DNA of 52,336 bases from Saprolegnia diclina VS20 (taxonomy: Eukaryota). Position numbers and translations under genes: made by a program. The stretch lies in contig NW_008246068.1 of assembly GCF_000281045.1 (NCBI RefSeq), positions 870,371 through 922,706 on the forward strand. The letters are read 5' to 3'. How positions within the stretch are numbered: the stretch's first letter is position 1; every line of letters begins with the position of its first letter. Positions 23,430-34,730 of this stretch are shown here, piece by piece. The notes below the pieces were generated by a model. That model was not told the DNA's origin, made no database searches, and worked only from the letters and a program-made list of their open reading frames with translations.

Positions 23430-24652
23430 TTATACGACGTGGATGTCCTCTTGCTTGGGTACATGCTTCTCCACCGACCACCCGCCTTCGAGAATGACCT
23501 TTTCAGTTGTCGTCTCGGCGCCGTCGGGCACGGACGGGTCGAGGAACGCAGCCGCCTCGTCGACGTCGTCCTGCACCCGTGCCGACTCGAGCGCGTAGCC
23601 GAGCAACTGCTCCTTGATCGACCTACGCCATGCATGAGGCTACGACAACGATACGAGGCGTACTCGGGGAACCAAATGTTGACGGGTAGGAACCAGTGCA
23701 GCGCGATCTTGTTGTTGACGCCGCCAAAGACCTCGCGGATCCCGAGGTTCTCGCTTGTCTCGCCTTTGAGCCGGTCGATCTGCGTCGTGCCCGTCGTAAT
23801 GACGCTGTACTGGTCGCACATCATGCACATGGTGAAGAGGCCGAAAAGAACGGCCTCGAGGCAGAGGCAGATGACGTGAACGGCGCCCGTGCTCGCGCAC
23901 CTAGAGTTCAAACGTGATGCATGAACGCGAGCAAGAGACCTACGTTTCGTGCATGCAGTGCGAGTAGCGGGCGACGACGAGCGCCATGGCGTACAGCGAG
24001 AGGAGAAAGACGTAAAAGATGAAGAGGAGGAAGAACTTGTGGTTCCCGAGCCCGACGCAGTTGTTTACCCACGGGCAGTGGTGGTCCATCTTGACGACGC
24101 AGCGCTCGCAGATGCTGCAGTGGTGCGCCCGCGCCGGCTTGTAGATCTTGCACCGCCGGCACGTCCGGTACCGCTGCTCTTCCAAGCTACGCGCCATGCT
24201 TCATCTATCACGGCGTCAAGTCGGTGTCATTACCGATTCATCTCTTCACGCGGCGCGTACTTGAGCGCGACAGGGATCGCATCGTCGGGCACGGAGCCCG
24301 GGTCCGTCATCATGGCTAGTGGAATGCAAAGTCGGCGCAGCGACCACGCGTAAGATGTACCTTTGCCATGCGAGACGAGCGCCATAAAGCACAGCAGCGT
24401 GAAGACAGAGATGTGCAAGAGGCCAAGCAGGCTGGCGCCCATCCAGGGCACGAGCACGACGCCCTAGCCCATGTGTCGTCACGGCGAGAGTGGCATGGCA
24501 CCTACCACGACGACGTACTCGGCGTAGACGATGAGGAACCACGAGATGGCGGCGCAGACGAGGCCGCAGCAGTCCCAGTTGAGCCACACGGTCGAGCGGA
24601 AGCCCGTGCCACAGCGGTCGGGCTGGCGTCGCTTCTCGAACTCGTGGCGCAT
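23430..24652 (-). CDS. DHHC palmitoyltransferase (ZDHHC3/7-like); multi-exon
   Basis: [72 protein letters not shown]...TTQIDRLK. The 3' end depends on a predicted intron. Confidence 0.9.
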
Positions 24653-26214
24653 CGGCGGTCGACCTTCGAACCTCGTTTTTAAAGGCAGTCGGCGGTTCGG
24701 ATACGATGGCACATGTGTATCCGGACGATCCAGAAATAGCCGTATCACGGTCTTTCTACGCGACACAATGTCCGTAAACAGGTATTTGTACCCGACTGCG
24801 CACGCTGCATTTGTGGGACAACTAAATCGTTCATGCACTTGATCTCCAACTGTGTTACCGGTACCTTTGATGCAGTGATGAATTGTACATCTTTCGTATA
24901 CAAACATCGCAGTTATTACGAATCTTGCACTCTACTTGGGACCCCGACTAGGACTCAAATGCATCAGCGGTGGACAATGCGGGCCACCTCAATAGTAGTA
25001 CTTTCTACGTACTAGCAACCTTTGTGGACTAACGTTGGCCATGCTCTGTGGCAACTCTGTAGAAATGACTTTGCACGGAATGCAAATAATGAATGGTTAT
25101 CGGTACAACAACTGTAAGACAGGGTTTCCACTGCTAGAGCGTCAACGAACATCTCCTTCTGAGACGAAGTTTGAGGTCCGGTGGCGGTAGAGACCGCAAC
25201 GCCTTGCACGAGCATTGCAGTCGGCGCGTTGCAACCGTCCAAATTAGCCGCAAGACAGAGGACTGGAGTTATGCTACGCGCCACATGGAAGAGGACCCCC
25301 GTAAGTGATCGGCGTCATCACACCACGACGCGTGCATACAAAGGACTGCAAGGTCTCGTCGGCTTCGGACACAAGTTTGTACGCTGCAAGTATTACGCCG
25401 TACCAACAGCGCCCCAGCCAACGCATTGGTGTCGTCCAGTCTTTCGCAGTACCCAATAAGAACATATACGCGTACCCTACACCGTGCATGGGTCCCTACA
25501 CTTTCTCGCAGTGCATGCACCCAACGGTGTGAGCCCGCGTCGCAGCCGCAAAGCCACACGGCGCATAAGACCAACCCTAGCAGCACAAGCACTGTTGCTT
25601 TGCTCGCCTTGACTTGCCATTGCCAAGCTAACAACGAATGGCTTCCTCAGCTTCCGCGTCATTCGACTTTCGACGTGGCGCCAACTTCTGTGGTTCACAC
25701 TGGGCCAAGGTGATCCAAAGGAGGGTTGTACTACTCTTCCCAGCGTCGCTGCGTGCACTCGGTGACAAAACTGTGGTGCTCACACCGAGAGAGGCCACTG
25801 CATCATCATCCGCACCCGCCTTGTAGCGTCGTCGTCGTGCATGGCCAGGGCGAGTGCGTGCAGTGTGGTACCAACCTTGGCCGCCAACGGCAACTTGACG
25901 ACCCGACCAGGCCGTCGCCGAGTGTCTCGCCGTGTGACCGACGCCGTTGCATGGATGAGGGGGCTCAACGACTGGCATCGTCACCCGCGTCGTGCAAATT
26001 ACGTGGCTGCCATCGAACGCACGTGGCGTCTGTATCTTGGGGCGCCGCGATCTTGCTGGCCAACTGTTTGCATGACATACGGACCCACGGCGCGGTCGCC
26101 GCCATCGGATTGGTGCAGACCTACTCAAATCACCAACTCACCGCTCCCGTCGCGCTGTGACACACTACAATAGTACGCCGCCGTCGTCCAAGTTTTCCAA
26201 TTCTGAAGAGCTTT

Positions 26215-26229
26215 TCACTTTTGCATTTG
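26215..26229 (+). promoter_or_regulatory. Oomycete INR+FPR core promoter
   Basis: TCACTTTTGCATTTG ending about 20 nt upstream of ATG 26251. Confidence 0.65.
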
Positions 26230-26250
26230 CCTTCAAGCCTTCAAGTCAAC

Positions 26251-27852
26251 ATGCAACTTGCCGTGCTCTTCTCGCTTGCCGCGAGCGTCCTTGGCGCCAA
26301 CTGCGCCAACAGCTCCGTGGTGACGCGCCCCCCGACCGCGTCGCTTCAGATCCTCTCGTACAACGACGTGTACGAGATGAAGCCGGAGGACGATGCGACC
26401 CAGCACGGTGTGCTCGTCGGCGGCCCGTCCCGCGTTGTGCCGCTCGTCCACACCATGCGCAAGAACTTTGAGAACAGTTTGGTCATCTTTGCGGGCGACA
26501 CCATGTCGCCGTCGCTCTGGTCCGGTCAGTTCAAGGGTCTCCAGATGATCGAGGCTCACAATGCGCTCGGTGTCGACTTTGCGTGCCTCGGCAACCACGA
26601 GTTTGACTTTGGCATTGACGCTTTCCTCAACGTCTCAAAGGCCTCCAAGTTTCCTTGGCTCAACGCCAACGCGTTCGAAAAGTCGACCGGCAAGCTCCTC
26701 CGCGAGACGATCCCGAACGCCGTCAAGACGCTGACGTCGCCGACGATGGGCACGATCAAGATCGGCGCGTTCGGCGTCATGTACGACATGAAGGACAGCT
26801 CCAAGGGCATGTACTGGACCGACCCGATCGCGGCGGCGAAGGAGCAGGTCAAGTACCTTCGCGAAGTCGAGAAGGTTGACATGGTCATCGCGCTCACGCA
26901 CCAGCTCTGGGACGACGACAACCGCTTCTCGCAGGACGTCAAGGGCGTCGACATCATCTACGGCGGCCACGACCACTCGGCGATGCTGCAGTCGACCTTT
27001 GGCGCGTGGTACCTCAAGTCGGATTTGAACTTCCGCTCCGTGTGGGTCTCGGACATCAAGTACTACAGCCCGTCGACCGAAGGCAAGAACAAGTACGCGC
27101 CGTTCATCAAGCAGAGCCACAAGAACCTTGCGATCACCGGCGATATGCCGACGGACGAAGCGTTCGAAGGCGTCATTGCGAATTACGAAACCAAGATCGC
27201 TGCGCTCTTCAACCGTGTGATTGGCTCGCTCTGCGCCGAGACCGACCTCACCAAGAAGGCCGTTCGGTTCGGGGAAGCGCCGATTGGCAACTTTTTCGCC
27301 GACGCGTACAAGTCGTTCTACGGCAAGGTCGATGTCGAAGTCGGCGTCATGAACGGCGGTGGCATCCGCACTGACAAGGTCTGGGAAGCCAAGCCGCTCA
27401 CGCTCGGTGACGTTGTGTCGTGGTCGCCCTTTGGTGACATGATGGTCGCTATCAAGACGGACGGCGCCAACTTTAAGACGTTCCTCAAGTTTATCATGAA
27501 TGGCAGCTGCGGCGAGCGCACCGTCGCTGAGAACGGGTACTTTGCGCACGTCGCGGGTCTGTCGTACAAGATCAAGTGCCTTGGCGCCAAGAACGCTGAA
27601 GTCTCGGAGCTCAAGTGGATGTCGGCCAAGCGCAGCGGCGACGTCAAGGACGACGACGTGTTCCATGTCGTCACGTCCGAGAACGTCAAGGGCCAGTTTG
27701 ACCAGTCGGGCGCCAAGAGCACCTTTGTCGTGTCGCCCAACGAAGCCTCGCGCGTTGATATGCTCTTGGAAGAGTACATTGCGGCGCTTCCGGATCGCAG
27801 CGTGTGCCCCAAGGCCGAAGGCCGCGCCGAAGTCATTCCGTTCACCAACTAA
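26251..27852 (+). CDS. Secreted 5'-nucleotidase/apyrase (calcineurin-like metallophosphoesterase plus 5'-NT C-terminal domain), 533 aa
   Basis: Signal peptide MQLAVLFSLAASVLGA; NDVYE, FAGD, GNHEFDFG, LTH, GGHDH; C-domain VRFGEAPIGNFFADA and NGGGIR; intronless. Confidence 0.93.
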   Translation: MQLAVLFSLAASVLGANCANSSVVTRPPTASLQILSYNDVYEMKPEDDATQHGVLVGGPSRVVPLVHTMRKNFENSLVIFAGDTMSPSLWSGQFKGLQMIEAHNALGVDFACLGNHEFDFGIDAFLNVSKASKFPWLNANAFEKSTGKLLRETIPNAVKTLTSPTMGTIKIGAFGVMYDMKDSSKGMYWTDPIAAAKEQVKYLREVEKVDMVIALTHQLWDDDNRFSQDVKGVDIIYGGHDHSAMLQSTFGAWYLKSDLNFRSVWVSDIKYYSPSTEGKNKYAPFIKQSHKNLAITGDMPTDEAFEGVIANYETKIAALFNRVIGSLCAETDLTKKAVRFGEAPIGNFFADAYKSFYGKVDVEVGVMNGGGIRTDKVWEAKPLTLGDVVSWSPFGDMMVAIKTDGANFKTFLKFIMNGSCGERTVAENGYFAHVAGLSYKIKCLGAKNAEVSELKWMSAKRSGDVKDDDVFHVVTSENVKGQFDQSGAKSTFVVSPNEASRVDMLLEEYIAALPDRSVCPKAEGRAEVIPFTN

Positions 27853-29146
27853 GTCAACACGAAACGCAGTGTACCATACATGCATTTTGTGTCGTTACCA
27901 GCGCATCTTTAGTCAGCACTGCTGACAAAAGAATGCTCTGCGCAAGGATGGCCGAATTGGAACTGTGGTGGAGGCTCAATCCTCACAATTCACCGTCCTG
28001 TGTTTGTCGTTTGTCGTGCTGAAGTTGCTCTGGAGATCGATAGGAAGAGGGTCTTTGAACTCTGGACAAGCATTGCTGGACGAGTGGCTCGTGGCCGATT
28101 ACTACATTACCATGGATGATATTAGACGGGCCGTGCGGTGCCCCATGGACCAAAGACACGCGACAGCCGATGCGAATCCTGCCTCGTGGTCTTCACACGC
28201 CGCACTCTTATTCGACCAGCACAGATGGAGCCTTCGGCAAAGACCAAAGCGCTAGTGTGCCCCTATATGCCAAAATGCTGGCTACGAGAACACCGTGGCG
28301 AGCATCGCAATCGTTCTCATTCGAGCGATTTCCACGTACCGCTGAAACGGGTGTTACGGCTTGTTGAAAACATGTGCTAACGGGCTCAAGCTGCATGTCA
28401 CATGTTGAGCGGTGGAGATATGGATGGACCGCGTCACTGGACCGCCACACGAACGAGACAGTGGCCAATTCATATAGTTTCAAGTCCGCGAGTAGTATAA
28501 CCTGGTACCGAGGGCGTACGTCCCGACGCAGTAAACGCGTGCTGCTGCGTTTTATAGCATTCCAACGCTCCAGATTGCACCACGCGCCAATGATACATGT
28601 ACGGCCGCCTGTTGCGATCACTCGTAGCGCGTCTCGCGTCATATGGCTCGAAACGCAAGTGCATGCAAGATCGCGCACAACCGGCGCACTGGACGTTGAA
28701 GTGTCGGCTGACGTAAATACGCGCCGCAACATCGCAAGGAGCAAGGAAGCCACCCAACACGAATCCACATACCTCCACGACGCCCAGCTGCACGACGCCT
28801 TCTCTTGCAAGTCATAATGTGAGTGCAGTGACGGGCTCCCGACGCTGACGCGCCGACCTACGGCCGTGCTGATGTGGGTGCCTCGGGCGGTGTACTGCGG
28901 TCCGTCGTCACGCGTCGCGGCTCCTGTCCGTAGACATCGAATTACGGCATGAATGCTCATTGGTCCATGGCCGCGTTTTCCTCGTGTCGAAGCCCGCACC
29001 TAGCTGGACAAGCAGCGCCGACGTGTCCCAGCACTCGGTGTAATTGAATATGTCTCGGTACACGCTGGATCTACTTGGTCCATCGACTGTGCGTATGCCT
29101 CTACCGACATCAACGCCGTCGGCGAAACCAGTTTTTGTATCGCCCT

Positions 29147-30469
29147 ATGCAGCACGTAGCGTTCGAGTGTTCGCCGTTGGGCCCGACAGCCACCGACCAC
29201 TGGAACGACGCCAGCGTTGAAGCGTGCGTCGAGACCATCCAGGCCGTTGAAGCCGTCCGCGCATACCCCGTCTACGGCGTCTACACGGACCCCAAATCCG
29301 GCGCGAGCATGACGCTGCACGCGGGCCACGAGCCGGGCAACGACGCCAACTACTCCATGTGCGGCCACACACAGCTCCGCGCGTCGCTCGCCGAGGCCGC
29401 AGCGTGCTTCCAGCGCCTCAATTCGCACGAAGCCGAGTCGTTTGTCGCGATGCTGGGGCGCCCTATTCTCGGCAGCACGACGCTGTACACGCTCATGGAG
29501 CCGAGCGAAGAGAGCCCGATGCAGTACACGGGTATCGAGTGGACAGCGTTCGAGGCGCCGCGGCTCGGCGACTCGACACCGATCCGGGACCTTTGCTACC
29601 TCGAGAGCCAAAACCAGTTTTTCCACCAAGGCGAGCAGCGCCACGGGTGGGTCCGGTCGCTCCACTCGATCGACGTCGACGCGTGTCCGCCGTTTGCAGA
29701 AAACATTTACCGCGCCGAGATCTACCAGTCGGGCCAAGTGTTTGTGCAGTCGGGCACGCCCGGCGTCCTCGACTGCTACTCGCTGTGCTCGATCGACCTC
29801 AAGTACACGCTGCCCGAGCCCGATCACATGACGTACCTCACCAAGTGGGTCACGCAGATGCTCCAACTGCATACGCACATTGCGATGCAGCGCGCCGCGT
29901 GCGCCCGCGCCGTGCACTCGGCCGTCCAAGACGCTACGAACCATCACTTTGTCTGCCCGACGTGCGACGAGACGCTTGCGCTCTCGAAAGCGACTTGTCG
30001 CGAGTGCGCCCGCCCGATTTGCGAAAAGTGCCACCCGAAATGGAGCCTCACGAGCATGTGGCGGCGCCTCAACAAGAGCCAAGTGTGCGTCGAGTGCAGT
30101 GAAGAGCTGCGCGGCGTGAGTCTCCTCGAGCGCAACACAACGTCCGAGTCGTGGGAGTGCACGACGCGGTCCACGATTGGGAGCGCGGCGAGCACCGAGA
30201 CGACTCTGCGAAAGCGCCCGAGCAGTTTGGTCGCCAACTACGTGGCATCCGCCCGGGACCTCGAGACAGTCTGGATCGACGTCTCGTCGATCGACTCGTC
30301 TGCCGCCCAGACGCCAACCGGCGATGACATTCCAGTCGCCCGCGCCGCCAAGCCCCGCGACGAAGTCAAGCTACACGAACTCCTCGACAGCTATCACGCC
30401 AAAAAGCTGATCGAAGACCCGCGCGTGCAGCAGCTATATAAGGACCTCCTGGCCCTCGACAGGTCATAG
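29147..30469 (+). CDS. Oomycete START-like plus FYVE-like zinc finger protein
   Basis: IEWTAF...IRDLCYLESQ...GWVRSLHSI...CPP...RAEIYQSG followed by CPTC...CREC..ICEKC...VCVEC. Start codon uncertain. Confidence 0.75.
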   Translation: MQHVAFECSPLGPTATDHWNDASVEACVETIQAVEAVRAYPVYGVYTDPKSGASMTLHAGHEPGNDANYSMCGHTQLRASLAEAAACFQRLNSHEAESFVAMLGRPILGSTTLYTLMEPSEESPMQYTGIEWTAFEAPRLGDSTPIRDLCYLESQNQFFHQGEQRHGWVRSLHSIDVDACPPFAENIYRAEIYQSGQVFVQSGTPGVLDCYSLCSIDLKYTLPEPDHMTYLTKWVTQMLQLHTHIAMQRAACARAVHSAVQDATNHHFVCPTCDETLALSKATCRECARPICEKCHPKWSLTSMWRRLNKSQVCVECSEELRGVSLLERNTTSESWECTTRSTIGSAASTETTLRKRPSSLVANYVASARDLETVWIDVSSIDSSAAQTPTGDDIPVARAAKPRDEVKLHELLDSYHAKKLIEDPRVQQLYKDLLALDRS

Positions 30470-30754
30470 TCTATCGACTACATACATATATAACTATACC
30501 CGCCAACTCGATTGTGGTGACAAACAATGTCGTGACCGAACGTCGAGGAAGACTCGCAGAGCACAATGGCGCGACCTTTCATTGTAGAGACGATGTGTCC
30601 TCCCTCTTGCCATTTGCCGCTGCTCAACAACCCGACGCTGGAAGTACAACATGCAATTTGGCTTAACAATAGAGAAAGTAGTGGATAAAGGGATCCCTGG
30701 ATCGACACGCTCGTCAGTACACTGGTAGTACCTCGCGTGCGCTCGAGTTGGCGC

Positions 30755-31414
30755 CTACTTCTTGCAGACGCCAATGCTGCGGAACGTGAGCTCGGGCTGC
30801 TTGCACACGGCCTTGCTAAACTCGCACCAGTTGCTGTACGTGCGCTTGTCGGACGCGCAGATCGGGTCGTAGCTGCGCATGCACGCGTAGTTGCACTTGC
30901 AGTCGCCGGTCGCCGCGAGGAGAATGCTCGGGTTGCGGCACTGCGCGGCTTCGAGGAGGCACTTGTTGGCGTACGTGACCCAGTTGGAGCCGCACACGGG
31001 CTCGTACATCTTGTTGCATGCATCCGAACACGATGGCTTGGGCGTCGGCGTCGGCAGCTTGCACGGTCCGTCGCGCGCGCGCGTCAGCGACGGGTTCTTG
31101 CACGCGGCAATGTTGAGCTCACACTCGTTCGAGTACGTCTTGCCGTCCGAGCCGCACACGGGGCGGTAGATCTCGAGGCAGTAGCGCGGGCACTCGGCCG
31201 TCTCCCATCCGCACGCCGTCGCGTTGGCCATCGTGAGACCCGGGATCTTGCACGCCGCGACGTCGAGCTCGCACTTGTTGGAGTACGTCACACGGTCCGA
31301 GCCACACACGGGCTGGTAGTACATCGGGCACACCGCGATGGGGCAGTCGGTCGGCGCGCTCAGCGACACGACAGTCGAAGCAGCGAGCATGGTCAAGTAG
31401 ATGGAAGCCACCAT
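30755..31414 (-). CDS. Secreted Kazal-type protease inhibitor, 4 domains (219 aa), left copy
   Basis: Signal peptide MVASIYLTMLAASTVVSLS; four Kazal units; INR+FPR at 31430-31445 supports this ATG rather than the longer ORF start. Confidence 0.93.
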   Translation of the reverse strand: MVASIYLTMLAASTVVSLSAPTDCPIAVCPMYYQPVCGSDRVTYSNKCELDVAACKIPGLTMANATACGWETAECPRYCLEIYRPVCGSDGKTYSNECELNIAACKNPSLTRARDGPCKLPTPTPKPSCSDACNKMYEPVCGSNWVTYANKCLLEAAQCRNPSILLAATGDCKCNYACMRSYDPICASDKRTYSNWCEFSKAVCKQPELTFRSIGVCKK

Positions 31415-31935
31415 GGTTTGGAGAAGAGGCAAATTGAAAAGTGAGTCGAGAGGGCCGTCGCGATCGAAAAAACGTGGCGCAACGACAGCACAGTAGCCCT
31501 CGGCCATCCACCTCATGCGACAGAGCTCTTGAGTGATCACATACGCGTCCACGCCGGCTGGTGCACATCGTGCGGAGGACACCGTCCCATGCGTCTCTCT
31601 GCGCCTCGATCGCGCGTTGTGCGCTCTCGTCGAGCAACGTCGTGTCTCGGGCGTCTCTACGACACGGGAGAGGTATCTCCGCGGTAGGAACTGCGTCTCG
31701 TGTTTTCCCAGTTGCACCCAAAGCTCCTAGAGAGCGCTAGAAACAACTAGTCCTTTGACGCGACAGCCTCCAGAAGAGCACGCGTAAACCAAGCACGCAA
31801 GTGTCATTGCTTTGGCGCTGGGACATCGCTTGGAAGGGGTGACCAGATTTGATAGGCATGATAGTCGTCAACGAGTCGCAGGTTGCGCCGGCGTACTACA
31901 TGAGACAAGCGACGGCCTTTCCTGCAGCCAACGCG

Positions 31936-32590
31936 NNNNNNNNNNNNNNNNNNNNNNNNNNNNNNNNNNNNNNNNNNNNNNNNNNNNNNNNNNNNNNNNN
32001 NNNNNNNNNNNNNNNNNNNNNNNNNNNNNNNNNNNNNNNNNNNNNNNNNNNNNNNNNNNNNNNNNNNNNNNNNNNNNNNNNNNNNNNNNNNNNNNNNNNN
32101 NNNNNNNNNNNNNNNNNNNNNNNNNNNNNNNNNNNNNNNNNNNNNNNNNNNNNNNNNNNNNNNNNNNNNNNNNNNNNNNNNNNNNNNNNNNNNNNNNNNN
32201 NNNNNNNNNNNNNNNNNNNNNNNNNNNNNNNNNNNNNNNNNNNNNNNNNNNNNNNNNNNNNNNNNNNNNNNNNNNNNNNNNNNNNNNNNNNNNNNNNNNN
32301 NNNNNNNNNNNNNNNNNNNNNNNNNNNNNNNNNNNNNNNNNNNNNNNNNNNNNNNNNNNNNNNNNNNNNNNNNNNNNNNNNNNNNNNNNNNNNNNNNNNN
32401 NNNNNNNNNNNNNNNNNNNNNNNNNNNNNNNNNNNNNNNNNNNNNNNNNNNNNNNNNNNNNNNNNNNNNNNNNNNNNNNNNNNNNNNNNNNNNNNNNNNN
32501 NNNNNNNNNNNNNNNNNNNNNNNNNNNNNNNNNNNNNNNNNNNNNNNNNNNNNNNNNNNNNNNNNNNNNNNNNNNNNNNNNNNNNNNNNN
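31936..32590. other. Assembly gap (655 N)
   Basis: Run of N. Confidence 1.
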
Positions 32591-33104
32591 CGCGTTGGCT
32601 GCAGGAAAGGCCGTCGCTTGTCTCATGTAGTACGCCGGCGCAACCTGCGACTCGTTGACGACTATCATGCCTATCAAATCTGGTCACCCCTTCCAAGCGA
32701 TGTCCCAGCGCCAAAGCAATGACACTTGCGTGCTTGGTTTACGCGTGCTCTTCTGGAGGCTGTCGCGTCAAAGGACTAGTTGTTTCTAGCGCTCTCTAGG
32801 AGCTTTGGGTGCAACTGGGAAAACACGAGACGCAGTTCCTACCGCGGAGATACCTCTCCCGTGTCGTAGAGACGCCCGAGACACGACGTTGCTCGACGAG
32901 AGCGCACAACGCGCGATCGGGGCGCAGAGAGACGCATGGGACGGTGTCCTCCGCACGATGTGCACCAGCCGGCGTGGACGCGTATGTGCATCTGATCACT
33001 CGAGAGCTCTGTCGCATGACGTGGATGGGCGAGGGCTACTGTGTCGATACGCGATGGAGCCCTGTCGTTGCGCCACGTTTTTTCGATCGCGACGGCCCTC
33101 TCGA

Positions 33105-33120
33105 CTCACTTTTCAATTTG
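33105..33120 (+). promoter_or_regulatory. Oomycete INR+FPR core promoter (mirror copy at 31430-31445)
   Basis: CTCACTTTTCAATTTG ending 15 nt before ATG 33136. Confidence 0.7.
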
Positions 33121-33135
33121 CCTCTTCTCCAAACC

Positions 33136-33795
33136 ATGGTGGCTTCCATCTACTTGACCATGCTCGCTGCTTCGGCTGTCGTGTCGCTGAGCGCGCCGAC
33201 CGACTGCCCCATCACGGTGTGCCCGATGTACTACCAGCCCGTATGTGGCTCGGACCGTGTGACGTACTCCAACAAGTGCGAGCTCGACGTCGCGGCGTGC
33301 AAGATCCCGGGTCTCACGATGGCCAACGCGACGGCGTGCGGATGGGAGACGGCCGAGTGCCCGCGCTACTGCCTCGAGATCTACCGCCCCGTGTGCGGCT
33401 CGGACGGCAAGACGTACTCGAACGAGTGTGAGCTCAACATTGCCGCGTGCAAGAACCCGTCGCTGACGCGCGCGCGCGACGGACCGTGCAAGCTGCCGAC
33501 GCCGACGCCCAAGCCATCGTGCTCGGACGCATGCAACAAGATGTACGAGCCCGTGTGCGGCTCCAACTGGGTCACGTACGCCAACAAGTGCCTCCTCGAA
33601 GCCGCGCAGTGCCGCAACCCGAGCATTCTCCTCGCGGCGACCGGCGACTGCAAGTGCAACTACGCGTGCATGCGCAGCTACGACCCGATCTGCGCGTCCG
33701 ACAAGCGCACGTACAGCAACTGGTGCGAGTTTAGCAAGGCCGTGTGCAAGCAGCCCGAGCTCACGTTCCGCAGCATTGGCGTCTGCAAGAAGTAG
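33136..33795 (+). CDS. Secreted Kazal-type protease inhibitor, 4 domains (219 aa), right copy
   Basis: Same as left copy apart from 2 amino-acid changes (STVV/SAVV, PIAV/PITV) and a few synonymous changes. Confidence 0.93.
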   Translation: MVASIYLTMLAASAVVSLSAPTDCPITVCPMYYQPVCGSDRVTYSNKCELDVAACKIPGLTMANATACGWETAECPRYCLEIYRPVCGSDGKTYSNECELNIAACKNPSLTRARDGPCKLPTPTPKPSCSDACNKMYEPVCGSNWVTYANKCLLEAAQCRNPSILLAATGDCKCNYACMRSYDPICASDKRTYSNWCEFSKAVCKQPELTFRSIGVCKK

Positions 33796-34730
33796 GCGCC
33801 AACTCGAGCACACACGAGGTACTACCAATGTACTGACAAGCGTGTCGATCCAGGGATCCCTTTATCCACTACTTTCTCTATTGTTAAGCCAAATTGCATG
33901 TTGTACTTCCAGCGTCGGGTTGTTGAGCAGCGGCAAATGGCAAGAGGGAGGCCAGTGTCAAAATGTGATTATACCCAGCGCGTTTGATTTTCACCAGTAA
34001 AGATTTGAGTCTCGGCGGGTTTCATGGGTGCCAGCCAGCATGGACACGACTTGCAGTTGACTTCTCGAGTAGCTGTGTGCAGTACGCGCGAACCTGGTCA
34101 TTTGCGCAGATAATGCGACCGGTCCTTCGACACCGGCTATGGTCGCTTCGATCCCTGAGCAACCCGGTGCCGGTACCCTCCGAATGCACCAGATTCCGAT
34201 CACCGTGCTTTGCATTTGGCGTGCACGACAGGTGTCTCTTCTTCAAGTCGCAGTGAGTGACAGCAGCTCCTCTGCCCACAGCCGCTGCATCCGCTTTCCG
34301 GCATGTGGCCCAACAGAAAGCAACGGGTCGTAAATGGAGTACAAGGTTGATGCTCCGCCTCCATGGTCGTCAACCTGGTCGCGCCATGACGCGCCGATTT
34401 GCACGCGGGAGCCAGTCCTTCGAAACTCTCGGTCGCTGGATCGTTGCGGTGTCACGCTGCCACGTCACGGCGGCCGTCCACCCAGTACATGTACCAAGTG
34501 CAAAGCGCCCAGCGTCCACCAACCCAAGGGAACTTGACCAACCTTACGACTGCAGCGAAGCATCGCCCCAGGGCTGCATGGCCGTCGCAACCACGATGCA
34601 TACAACTAAACCTAATCCTTGTTGCGCATTACGAGACCAATGAGTGTCTGTCCCGACTACTTCGGTCCGTGCTAGTCGTCTATGGTACATACGCGCATGC
34701 TTCTTCTTCTTTTGGCGCTGTCGACAGAGC

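Larger units (their letters stand above)
30599..33951. repeat. Long inverted repeat: arms 30599-31935 and 32591-33951 flanking an N gap
   Basis: The arms are reverse complements apart from scattered SNPs and two small indels; the ORF track shows mirror-image ORFs. Confidence 0.95.

Noticed and set aside
24700..26200. Short ORFs in the DHHC / nucleotidase intergenic region
   Set aside because: No consistent frame, codon bias or motifs; no terminal repeats indicating a transposon.
28208..28999. 263-aa minus ORF
   Set aside because: Non-ATG start, Arg/Ser-rich random composition and no domain.
31812..32714. ORFs of about 270 aa spanning the N run
   Set aside because: Artefacts of translating the gap.
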